Source of the DNA: an uncultured virus (IMG/VR IMGVR_UViG_2687453376_000003)
Taxonomy: Duplodnaviria; Heunggongvirae; Uroviricota; Caudoviricetes
Reading direction: 5' to 3' (one strand)
IMG/VR virus record: IMGVR_UViG_2687453376_000003
DNA: 64,000 nucleotides
In this document: one piece after another, positions 8,831-17,409 of the stretch
How positions within the stretch are numbered: the stretch's first letter is position 1
How the letters are laid out: each line of letters starts with the position of its first letter
Position numbers and translations under genes: made by a program
Notes under the pieces: generated by a model
Told to the model about the DNA's origin: nothing
Seen by the model: the letters and a program-made list of their open reading frames with translations, nothing else
Databases searched by the model: none

Positions 8831-10636
8831 CTAATAGTTCATCGCCGTTGTTATTCGGCCATTATTTTCAACGTTATAAGTTTTGCGTTTTCCCTTATCG
8901 CTTACCATCGTGATTTCAAGCTTCACCTTTTGCTCCTCCATGGCACTCTTGAATGAACGAGTAATGTTATCTACAAACACTTGCCTATCGCCTCCTTCTG
9001 GCAAAGCTGGTTGTATAATACCACCTTCCCTTTTTCGTCCATCGGCGCCCCCCTCTGATTGAGCGTCACTTTGATTGGATTCCCTTCCTATGATCCGCTG
9101 ATAATGACCAAGTACAGTTACTGGGTACGCTTGATTTTGCTGTCCCCACCTTCGAGTATCATACCCACCATTATAGTAACGCAGTGCAAGTGGAACGTCC
9201 CCGCCAGATTTTTTCAGATTTTCAGACAGAATCTGTGCGCCAGCCATTATGTTCTGCCGCGGATCTCTCCAATCTGTGACTCCTGTAGCCCTGAAGTTTG
9301 ATGGCATTATCTGCATAAGCCCTTGGGCACCAGCACTACTTACAGCATTAGGGTTACCACGTGATTCTTGGGTCATAATGGCTTTTAGCAGGCGGGGATC
9401 AACGCCATATTTTTTGCCAGCCTCATCAAGAATACTGTCATACTTCCCCCCCTGATTATATGGTGAGTAATCTCCCCTAGAAACCGGTTGGCGGCTAATA
9501 GCACCTATATCCCCCTGCAACTGTTGAGCAAGATCTGTTGCGCGATAGTGTGAATCATATTGTTTTCTGACGCCATCAGTCATAAGGCCTGCATTAACCA
9601 TCGCCCGATCACTCCAAGGAAGGCTATTATAAAACCCTTTATCTCCTTGTATTTTACGTATTTTATTTGTATTTTCAGTACTAACAAAACCAGCTGCATG
9701 CGATAATCCGGTTAGATCACCGTTGGTTAAAAGATCGGTAACCCCCTCCAGACCATCTTTCACTGACCCATCAGAGAGTAACGCTTTCAGCGCCTTATTC
9801 TTTGAACGCTGCCACAAACCATCCCATGAGGCGCTGAGTTCATTCATCGTGCCATTAATGTCACCGAGCTCTTTATTGAGCTCAGGATCGATGGTCAGCC
9901 CAATCTCATCAGATTTAGCCAGGAGCGTTTTCATGCGCTCACCTTCGCGCATTAACGCCAACATTTCTGGTGTGAGCCCAAGGGCATCAGCAACTGACTT
10001 CTGCTGCTCAGGCCGTAATGTAGGAAACACTTGAGCGATATCCTGTAACGTTTTCAGCGTATCAACAGAGCCATCATTATTTTTCTGTATCTGGACCCCG
10101 ATCTGCACAAGAGCGCCAAGAACTTGACCATTAGCGCCACTGGCAGCCTCTTTCAGCGTCTTCGCCACCCCGTCAATGGATGTATTGGCACTTTCACTAT
10201 CGGCACCTAAGACTCGCATCGCACCAGCCAGACGGGAAAAATCCTCAACACGCATACCCGCATTTTTCGCGGAAACGTCCAGGTTATATGCCTCTCTGGA
10301 CGCCTCACGAAAGCCATAAGCAACCTTTTTAAGCCCGTACCCGACAGCGCCAACAATCCCCAGTGTTCCCAACTTGCCAGATAACTCCCCTACCATTTTC
10401 AAGGGAGGAACCATATCCCCAATAAGCTGCACATTATCTCTGGCCGCTTTAGACAGATTTTCAAAACGCGAGATAAAGCCATTCAACCCATCAACTGTCT
10501 CCTGCCCACCTAACTGAAGCCCTTCTCTCGTTTTATCGAGCTTAGGCTCAAGAGCACGAATGGCCTCGTTAATGCGGTCAATAGCATCACTGACCTGATC
10601 ATTGGCCACTACCTCAAAATCAAAGACATTACTCAT
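8831..10636 (-). CDS. Tape measure protein with C-terminal lytic transglycosylase (SLT) domain
   Basis: Lies between the chaperone and DNA-circularisation genes; helical Ala/Gly-rich N-part; SLT motifs KAIMTQES, GAQGLMQIMP, ALRYYNGG. Confidence 0.82.
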   Translation of the reverse strand: MSNVFDFEVVANDQVSDAIDRINEAIRALEPKLDKTREGLQLGGQETVDGLNGFISRFENLSKAARDNVQLIGDMVPPLKMVGELSGKLGTLGIVGAVGYGLKKVAYGFREASREAYNLDVSAKNAGMRVEDFSRLAGAMRVLGADSESANTSIDGVAKTLKEAASGANGQVLGALVQIGVQIQKNNDGSVDTLKTLQDIAQVFPTLRPEQQKSVADALGLTPEMLALMREGERMKTLLAKSDEIGLTIDPELNKELGDINGTMNELSASWDGLWQRSKNKALKALLSDGSVKDGLEGVTDLLTNGDLTGLSHAAGFVSTENTNKIRKIQGDKGFYNSLPWSDRAMVNAGLMTDGVRKQYDSHYRATDLAQQLQGDIGAISRQPVSRGDYSPYNQGGKYDSILDEAGKKYGVDPRLLKAIMTQESRGNPNAVSSAGAQGLMQIMPSNFRATGVTDWRDPRQNIMAGAQILSENLKKSGGDVPLALRYYNGGYDTRRWGQQNQAYPVTVLGHYQRIIGRESNQSDAQSEGGADGRKREGGIIQPALPEGGDRQVFVDNITRSFKSAMEEQKVKLEITMVSDKGKRKTYNVENNGRITTAMNY

Positions 10637-10799
10637 CGTCTTCAGGTTTCCTGAGTTTGTTGATACGGGATGCCTGGGCTACCCACCATTTCAATCGGGC
10701 GTGAGTCATCCCCCACGCCCTATCCTCTGTCCAGCGAAAGTAAAACGTGACGTCAGCTGCATCCTCCTGCCAGGCTGTCAGGGCTTCCAGGTCAAAAAA
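10629..10799 (-). CDS. -1 frameshift extension of the tail chaperone (P2 E+E'-like)
   Basis: TTTTTTG at 10799-10793; the -1 frame reads FDLEALTAWQEDAADVTFYFRWTEDRAWGMTHARLKWWVAQASRINKLRKPEDDE*, with its stop overlapping the tape measure start region. Confidence 0.78.
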   Translation of the reverse strand, partial: FFDLEALTAWQEDAADVTFYFRWTEDRAWGMTHARLKWWVAQASRINKLRKPEDDE

Positions 10800-11056
10800 C
10801 TGAGCAGGTACTCCTCACACTTGCGAAAATCAATGAAGTCCATCGGCTGCAGCACGCTTTCACGTGTACCAGACACCAGCGAGATAAGCAGACGCATGGC
10901 CGCCAATGAGGTAGAGGCAGCCTGTTTTTCGTAAAACTGCTCTGCCTGGCTGAGCGTCGGGGCTTTCAGCTCCAGTTGCTCATAGCGGGTTTTCTGCACC
11001 ACATCTTCAAGCGGAACCGATAGCGTAATAGTTTTGACTCGTTCAATTTCTGCCAT
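10778..11056 (-). CDS. Tail assembly chaperone (gpG / P2 E / Mu gp41-like)
   Basis: Lies between tube and tape measure; ends with slippery TTTTTTG. Confidence 0.82.
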   Translation of the reverse strand: MAEIERVKTITLSVPLEDVVQKTRYEQLELKAPTLSQAEQFYEKQAASTSLAAMRLLISLVSGTRESVLQPMDFIDFRKCEEYLLSFLTWKP

Positions 11057-11057
11057 C

Positions 11058-11429
11058 TTAGTTCTCCGTTACTTCCCGGCCTTCCCAGCGAACATCAAAC
11101 ACCGCATCTTCGCTCTCCACTTCCTGAACGTTTACCGTCCAGAGCCCTTCACCAATAATCGTTTTACCATTTGCCAGCTCAGCAACGATGTTGACGTTGG
11201 TTTGCTCGTTAAAGCCAAGAACGTTAGTCCCACCGCTATCGCGCAGCCGTGCGGAAATGTACGGCGCCACAGGTTTTTCTTTGTACCCGTGCACACCATC
11301 CATCCCCGTCAGAGTGGTGCGGTTAACTTTGGATGGCTGATACTTAAACGAGCCCTCCACCATCACCGTCACCCCGTTCACCGTTACGTACGCGGTTCCG
11401 GCCAGGCGGTTAGTCGTATTACCTGCCAT
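11058..11429 (-). CDS. Tail tube protein (Mu-like)
   Basis: RLAGTAYVTVNG, GVHGYKEKP, AELANGK; follows the sheath gene. Confidence 0.9.
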   Translation of the reverse strand: MAGNTTNRLAGTAYVTVNGVTVMVEGSFKYQPSKVNRTTLTGMDGVHGYKEKPVAPYISARLRDSGGTNVLGFNEQTNVNIVAELANGKTIIGEGLWTVNVQEVESEDAVFDVRWEGREVTEN

Positions 11430-11432
11430 CGC

Positions 11433-12935
11433 TTATGCTCCTGTTGATTCAGCCCGCGTACGGAACTGGTTGAGCAGCGCAAAAATACGCAGCTGGTTTA
11501 TGAGGGTTCCCGGCCACAGAACATCGACGCGGTTCGGGTTTTTGGCGTTCTGCTCAACAATGATATTTTTGGCAAACGCCGCCTTGTCCTGTGCATACCC
11601 GTTCCACACCAGGTTGCCATACTCCGCAATCTGGTCAGCCTTGATGATATTCGGCGTGACGATCGCAGCACCGGGGGCAAAGCGGGTACCATTGGCCGCC
11701 AGCTTCATGCGACCAAATTTGCTAGTTACCGCCGTGCGCAGGTAGCGGGTAACAAACATCAGGCTGAAGAGCGTTTCGACCTCAAGGTAGCTATCATCCG
11801 TATCACCGTAGCTGTTCTTCTGGTAGGTCGTGATCAGGTTTTCAATGCGCACCGTGCCATCATCATCAACCGTGAACGTCGAAATACCGCTGTACAGCAG
11901 GTTATTGCGCTCGGTGATCTCAAAGCGATCCTGTAGTGCCGGAGCCAGAACCCCCTGGATAGACAGTGACTGCACAGGGCGCCCCGGATCATTACGTAAG
12001 CTGACCGCCGCAGCGCCGGTGTACCCGGCAGACCATACCCAAGGGGGCGACGGCGACTTATTGACCCCCATCAGCGTTTCATGCTGGTTATTTCGTACCT
12101 CGCCTTTCGTTCCGAGCTGTGCGTACGTTCCGGTAGTTGTGCCAAATGAATGGCCATACAACTGCTTATCCCATGCCCAGCGACCGCCAACGTCTGAAAG
12201 GAACGCCTTTATCGCATCCAGTGACGTGGTGTCGTCATAAGGGTTAACGATGAAGTCGAACGTCCGATCCTGCAGGTTGGCCAGCGCACCGGTGATATCC
12301 GGTGCACTGGCGCCACCCTTCATAGCCGTAATGGTCAGCTCCATACCAGTAGGCGTGGACTCCCCACCAGGAAAACCGAGATAGTTCAGACGAATATCAA
12401 TATTGTTGCCGATAAAACCAAAGTTTTTTGCCGTCAGGGTGACAGTATCGGCAGCTGCGCTGGCAGTTACCGGAAGCGTGGTTTTTGCGTTAATCACCGC
12501 GGTCAGAGCGGTGGCGATCGCAGCAGCCGTATCCGTCGCCACCACAGTCAGTTGAATGCGCTCGCCGGCAATGTACAGCGAAATGACCCCGGTTGCCGTT
12601 GGCGCACTGGTCACTTTGACGGTACCTGTTGCAACAACCATGGAATCAGGGTCTTCTACCAGGGGAAGGATCCAGATTTCGGCGGCGGTATCATTTTTCT
12701 GATACGCCGTCATCATGCTCTGCAGGATGCCTCCCTTCCCAGTCATCTCGCCGACCGCGTCATCAGAAGATACACGCTCAGGAATACCGGCGGTTGCCGT
12801 ACCAGTAGCGAGCATCCCACCGATCAGCAGAGTACGCTGCGTGGCTGTGGCGTTATTCGCCATCGAGTTATCAAACTCGACATAGAAAAGCGGCACGCGC
12901 AGACTATCAGGCACTCGAGCGAATGGAACCGTCAT
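11433..12935 (-). CDS. Contractile tail sheath protein (Mu gpL-like)
   Basis: RVPLFYVEFDNS, ERNNLLYSGIST, ITTYQKNSYG, NPNRVDVL. Confidence 0.95.
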   Translation of the reverse strand: MTVPFARVPDSLRVPLFYVEFDNSMANNATATQRTLLIGGMLATGTATAGIPERVSSDDAVGEMTGKGGILQSMMTAYQKNDTAAEIWILPLVEDPDSMVVATGTVKVTSAPTATGVISLYIAGERIQLTVVATDTAAAIATALTAVINAKTTLPVTASAAADTVTLTAKNFGFIGNNIDIRLNYLGFPGGESTPTGMELTITAMKGGASAPDITGALANLQDRTFDFIVNPYDDTTSLDAIKAFLSDVGGRWAWDKQLYGHSFGTTTGTYAQLGTKGEVRNNQHETLMGVNKSPSPPWVWSAGYTGAAAVSLRNDPGRPVQSLSIQGVLAPALQDRFEITERNNLLYSGISTFTVDDDGTVRIENLITTYQKNSYGDTDDSYLEVETLFSLMFVTRYLRTAVTSKFGRMKLAANGTRFAPGAAIVTPNIIKADQIAEYGNLVWNGYAQDKAAFAKNIIVEQNAKNPNRVDVLWPGTLINQLRIFALLNQFRTRAESTGA

Positions 12936-13123
12936 TCAGCACCTCCCGGTTTTTTATTCGCATCCGTTTTTGCAGTTGCTTTCGACTTCACGACAACCAC
13001 ATCGCCATCACTTAAGCGACGTCGCCAGAAGGTATTATCCGGGACCTCTGCGCCATCTTTCGGCAAAAGGGATCCCTTAATGGGACAGCGAACGCTGAGC
13101 CCATTATTCGGTTTTACAAACAT
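12932..13123 (-). CDS. DUF2635 (Mu gp38-like) small protein
   Basis: MFVKP...VPDNTFWRRRLSDGDV immediately upstream of the sheath gene. Confidence 0.82.
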   Translation of the reverse strand: MFVKPNNGLSVRCPIKGSLLPKDGAEVPDNTFWRRRLSDGDVVVVKSKATAKTDANKKPGGAE

Positions 13124-13126
13124 GAT

Positions 13127-13672
13127 TTACTCCTGAAGGTTGATACTAACCCCAGTCTGCGGGGCACCATCCGGCATTACGATCGTGATATCTATCCCCT
13201 CCAGAGGAGCCGTTTCAACCGGATAGAAATCTTCCGGCCCCTGGTAATGTTCGATATCAATCTCATACAGCAGTTGCCCCATATGAGCCTCGCCATCGGC
13301 ATCAACGTTGATCGTTGAGCGAACTTCGGCGTACTTTTGTATTTTCCGGGTCAATTCATAACTGTTGATAACAGCTCGCTCTACCTGTTCACGCAGATCC
13401 TCCAGAGCGACCTCTGCGCGCATAGCGCCATCATCATCCGTTTCACCGTCATACTCCTGAACCCGGCCAGTAATACGGACGGTCGTTACAGTGGTAAACG
13501 ACGGCGTGCTCCGCCCCATCGCCTTTTTATGGTCGAAAGGAGTCTGAATCAGTAAAGCGGGATAAACTACCGATGACGTTGGCCAGTCACGCGGGGAAAA
13601 GACACGATCCTCCGCATCAGTAGTGCCAGTAAGCGCTACGACTACCATCTTTCGAATATCTGAAGCATTCAT
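13127..13672 (-). CDS. Phage neck / tail-terminator-like protein
   Basis: Coupled ORF in the neck region; function inferred from position. Confidence 0.55.
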   Translation of the reverse strand: MNASDIRKMVVVALTGTTDAEDRVFSPRDWPTSSVVYPALLIQTPFDHKKAMGRSTPSFTTVTTVRITGRVQEYDGETDDDGAMRAEVALEDLREQVERAVINSYELTRKIQKYAEVRSTINVDADGEAHMGQLLYEIDIEHYQGPEDFYPVETAPLEGIDITIVMPDGAPQTGVSINLQE

Positions 13673-14028
13673 CGCTGTTTCACTACGTTAAGTACAAGTT
13701 TTGATCCGCCATGGCTGTCCGGTTCAACGTTGGTCACAACGAACAGCTGATTTATCGGTTTTCCGCCTACGGTTCTGACGAACACACGATCGGACACCGC
13801 GGGGAGCTGCCTGCTGGAGTCGATAAACTCCGCATCTCGCACCCCCAGCACCGGGCTCGTGGTATTGATCGCTGAATCACCGTCCAGGTTCTCGGTTACC
13901 TGGGCGTAACCACGGTCGAAAATGCCGTGAATCAGAAAGGGAGCGCCGTTTCTGGGGCGGTACTCCTGCTCATCGCCAAAGATGCCATGCAGCGGGCTCA
14001 GGAGGTGTAAATCCCAGTCCACGCCCAT
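13669..14028 (-). CDS. Head-tail joining (closure) protein
   Basis: Start reset to MGVDWD; GIFD and V..VEPDSHGGSKLVL motifs typical of FII-like proteins. Confidence 0.65.
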   Translation of the reverse strand: MGVDWDLHLLSPLHGIFGDEQEYRPRNGAPFLIHGIFDRGYAQVTENLDGDSAINTTSPVLGVRDAEFIDSSRQLPAVSDRVFVRTVGGKPINQLFVVTNVEPDSHGGSKLVLNVVKQR

Positions 14029-14032
14029 GACA

Positions 14033-14371
14033 TTACCCCGCCGTGACAGTGACCGATGACTGAGAAGCCAGCGCGCGCTGGCGCAGTTCGCGAACGTCGG
14101 CAATAATTCCCGCCTGCAGCAGGCGTTCTGCGTCTTGGCCAGCGACCGGAATGGTGCTATTTTCCCGGTAGACCTCGCCATTGTGACGGATGCTGTTGCC
14201 CTTCAGTACGACGAACTCCGGCTCATCATCCATGATGACATCAACATCATCACGCTCTCCGGCGCCCACTGAAGCATTCAGCTTATCAGCAGATGCGCCC
14301 ATTTCTGGGACAATACCTTCGGCATTCAAATCATCGGAGACAGGTACCGGATTGTTTATTTTTTTTGCCAT
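14033..14371 (-). CDS. Hypothetical head-associated protein
   Basis: Start reset to MAKKINN right after the capsid stop; IRHNGEVY...AERLLQAGII motif. Confidence 0.6.
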   Translation of the reverse strand: MAKKINNPVPVSDDLNAEGIVPEMGASADKLNASVGAGERDDVDVIMDDEPEFVVLKGNSIRHNGEVYRENSTIPVAGQDAERLLQAGIIADVRELRQRALASQSSVTVTAG

Positions 14372-14372
14372 A

Positions 14373-15422
14373 TCACACCACCGTTGCGCAGAGGGATGCA
14401 TTTACCCGGCTCGGGATGACCAGCGGTGATGATTGCATCAAAATGAGACGCTGGGCCGGATCTTCTTTCACCCAGGATTTTGGCGCATAGGCCAATGGAC
14501 CGTAGTTGAATGCCGGGTCCAGGATAACGCCAAAGGCGCGGGTACCCATCAGATCGGCACCACTCATAATGACAGCGCCATCGGGGATCATGGGTTTCTC
14601 GACGTTGTCCAGCGGGTCAATAAACCAGTCGTTATATAACCAGAGATCAAAGTTGCCCCAACGCCCTTTGTAGATAGCGCCCTTCGTCGCCTGTGGGCCG
14701 GCGTTGATCTGGTTACCAAACGGGCTCAATGCCGGGAACGTGATGGCATTATCCTTGATGGTGGTATCCAGTCGGAATGCACGCCATGCCTTATTCGTGA
14801 ATACCAGATCCGTGGCGACAGAGCCGGACTCTTTCAGGAAAGTAGTCTGCCAAATTTCAATATCGTCCGAAGGCTGGGTGTTGGTAGTACCCGCGGCCAC
14901 GGTCAGCGGCCATTTATCCGATCCGCTCAGGGTGATGGTCAGATCAGGAGAACGCCCGAAATTAACCACTTTAGTTTCATAGCCCTCCCCGGCTACGGTA
15001 ACGGTGCCGGATACCAGCGCACTGGCAGCCATCCACTCCAGGCGACGGTTGATCATGTCAATCTGGTCAGTCATTTCAAACTGAAGGTTCAGCATTTCGC
15101 GCTCGGCGGCGGTATATTCCCCACCAATACGCTCACCAATCTGGCGGCGGATAGGCTTACGCAGATCCGGCGCGCGCTTATCTTTGATGTAAGCCGGTTT
15201 GAAGGTGTTGGTCTGGTATTTACGGGATTCGACCAGTTTACCCTCCACCAGTGGGGATACGAACGGCGCCATACGACGCAGGCCAACATCAACATCGATC
15301 GCCACTTCTTCAGTCTCGTAAGTCACGACATTCGGGAAGAAGCGATCGAGCAACCAGTTCTGACTGGTTTTCAGGTTAGGAACGACCTGCACCAGCACAC
15401 TGGTATCATAAATATTTTGCAT
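14373..15422 (-). CDS. Major capsid protein (lambda gpE family)
   Basis: FLDRFFP-like WLLDRFFP, MAPFVSP, FKPAYIK, RRLEWMAA, QSSPL; start reset to MQNIYD. Confidence 0.95.
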   Translation of the reverse strand: MQNIYDTSVLVQVVPNLKTSQNWLLDRFFPNVVTYETEEVAIDVDVGLRRMAPFVSPLVEGKLVESRKYQTNTFKPAYIKDKRAPDLRKPIRRQIGERIGGEYTAAEREMLNLQFEMTDQIDMINRRLEWMAASALVSGTVTVAGEGYETKVVNFGRSPDLTITLSGSDKWPLTVAAGTTNTQPSDDIEIWQTTFLKESGSVATDLVFTNKAWRAFRLDTTIKDNAITFPALSPFGNQINAGPQATKGAIYKGRWGNFDLWLYNDWFIDPLDNVEKPMIPDGAVIMSGADLMGTRAFGVILDPAFNYGPLAYAPKSWVKEDPAQRLILMQSSPLVIPSRVNASLCATVV

Positions 15423-15552
15423 ATTCAGTCTCTTGATAGTGCCAGCCAAGCGCTGGCAAAAATTTAGATGATCAAATCCCTGCCGGTTAAAGCATTCGTC
15501 AGGAGAGATATGAGGGAAATCAGGGCATGCCCCACACCTGTGGGGGTGTTTC

Positions 15553-15957
15553 TCAGGAGGTGGTTACAGGTGCCTGGCCACTGTCCTTCAGGAAGATAGC
15601 CAGCGGGCGGAGCGATTTTTTCAGATCGGCAACTGTCCAAGAGTTATCAAAAATCACTCGATGCTGGTTAAACTCACCCATCAGATACAGGCCACCGTTC
15701 TGATCAGACGATGAGGCATCAACATTATCAGCCAGAATAGCCACAGGTGCCTGGCTGCCATCTTCAGCTGTTTTCACACATTGCGTATATTTGCCACTGG
15801 CGGTCACCAACCCCAGCACAGTGCCACGCTTAAACGCGCCCCCAGTAATGACCCCGGTGTCAGTTACCAGCTGGAGTGTGCCAGCTACGAGCTGATCCGG
15901 TACAAACAATGCGCTCTTCATGCCGGGCGCAAATGCATTCTGACCAAACTGATCCAT
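15553..15957 (-). CDS. Head decoration protein (lambda gpD-like)
   Basis: RGTVLG, DGSQAPVAILA, YLMGEFN; upstream of the capsid gene. Confidence 0.9.
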   Translation of the reverse strand: MDQFGQNAFAPGMKSALFVPDQLVAGTLQLVTDTGVITGGAFKRGTVLGLVTASGKYTQCVKTAEDGSQAPVAILADNVDASSSDQNGGLYLMGEFNQHRVIFDNSWTVADLKKSLRPLAIFLKDSGQAPVTTS

Positions 15958-16538
15958 TATTTTTCCCCCCGAGTGGAGTTGTAGAGACTGGTCATTTTAC
16001 TTACCAGCGCAGACTTACCGCTCTCTTTCTGTCCGCCATCCGGATTAAGTCTGACCTGGTGACTTTCCTGCATCCGCTGGTCGAGCGAACGCTTACGCGA
16101 CATAGCTGGTTGTGATGCCGGCACGGTAGAGTCCAGAATATTAATCGCAGCTGCAGAGCTCATCCCTGTGTTGAATGCCAGAGACGCAGCTAGTGACGGA
16201 TTCGCTGCTGCATGCTGACTACCAAAGATACGAGAGCAGCGTTTACGCTCGGCGACGCGGGCAGTTTTCGCGGCTTTGCTTTCTTTGCGATCGTCGCCGT
16301 CGTCTTCGGCATCATCGTCTTCAGATGCATCCGGATCATCACCGTCATCTTCAGCATCATCGTCGCGTTCGTCGTCTTCGGCGTCCTCATCACGCTCGTC
16401 GTCCTCGGCGTCTTCATCACGCTCGTCTTCTTCTGCCTTACGAGCCTTCGCTTTTTTGGATTTTTTGTCCTCATCTTTCTCCGAGGCTGACTTTCCAAAC
16501 CCCATTAGGTGAGCGAAATTAAAAGTTTTCTTCGCCAT
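15957..16538 (-). CDS. Acidic low-complexity scaffold-like protein
   Basis: Lies between protease and decoration genes; EDDERDEDA tandem repeats; AERKRCSRIF...LAFNTGMS resembles Nu3-like scaffolds. Confidence 0.6.
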   Translation of the reverse strand: MAKKTFNFAHLMGFGKSASEKDEDKKSKKAKARKAEEDERDEDAEDDERDEDAEDDERDDDAEDDGDDPDASEDDDAEDDGDDRKESKAAKTARVAERKRCSRIFGSQHAAANPSLAASLAFNTGMSSAAAINILDSTVPASQPAMSRKRSLDQRMQESHQVRLNPDGGQKESGKSALVSKMTSLYNSTRGEK

Positions 16539-16539
16539 C

Positions 16540-17409
16540 TCAATCTCCTGTTACTTGAAGTAAATGTCTGAACGCAGCATCAGGAGGGCATACCTCATCC
16601 GCCAGTCCAAGCTCCACACCATCGACAGCCATAAAACAGGCGGCCTGCGTGTTTTTGATGATCTTTGCACTGATCCCGCGGTTGCGAGCAACGGTATTAA
16701 CGAACAGTTCCCCCATGGTGTTGATATCATGCTGAATAGCCGCTAACGCATCTTCTGACAGCTCACGATATGGAGAGCCCTCCGCTTTCCGGCTACCGAA
16801 AGTAACGATAGTGACCTTCAGGCCGTCATCTTTAATACGCTGCGTCCAGTCAAGGTGCATGGTGATTACGCCCACCGACCCCACGCCGCCAGTGCGGGGA
16901 ACCGAAATCCGGTCAGCGGCACTGGCAATCGCGTACGCTGCTGAATAGGCATTCTCTGTCAGAATGGCATGAATCGGCTTTTTACCGCGGGCATTGTAGA
17001 TTTCGTCCACCAGGTCGAAACACCCTGCCACCTCTCCCCCAGGTGAGTCGATATCCAGGCAGATACCCTTCACATCCGGGTCGGCGAGTGCGGACAAAAA
17101 CGCCTGGCGAATACCATCGTAACCCGTCATGCCACTGTATGGCCGCAGGCTGCCGAGCTTTTGGACCAGGGTTCCGCAGATGGAAATCACCGCAATGCCG
17201 GCTACATTGTCATAACCTAGGTCGCTCCGGGTTTCCCGCCCTCGGGTGTCGTCGTAGCCGTACCCATCGTCATCCTCCATCACCAGCGAGGTTTCGATCC
17301 GAGTGATTCCGAAGCGATCCATAACGGCCGCCATAATGACATCGGCTTTATTCGGGTGAAGGGCTAACGGCGTGTTAAACAACCGCTGGGCAAGATGAGG
17401 TAGATTCAC
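16540..17409 (-). CDS. S49 family head maturation protease (lambda gpC-like)
   Basis: LDIDSPGGEV, AYSAAYAIASAAD, GSVGV. Confidence 0.92.
   Translation of the reverse strand: MNLPHLAQRLFNTPLALHPNKADVIMAAVMDRFGITRIETSLVMEDDDGYGYDDTRGRETRSDLGYDNVAGIAVISICGTLVQKLGSLRPYSGMTGYDGIRQAFLSALADPDVKGICLDIDSPGGEVAGCFDLVDEIYNARGKKPIHAILTENAYSAAYAIASAADRISVPRTGGVGSVGVITMHLDWTQRIKDDGLKVTIVTFGSRKAEGSPYRELSEDALAAIQHDINTMGELFVNTVARNRGISAKIIKNTQAACFMAVDGVELGLADEVCPPDAAFRHLLQVTGD

Noticed and set aside
16175..16522. Several plus-strand ORFs over the acidic scaffold gene
   Set aside because: Antisense shadows of low-complexity codons.
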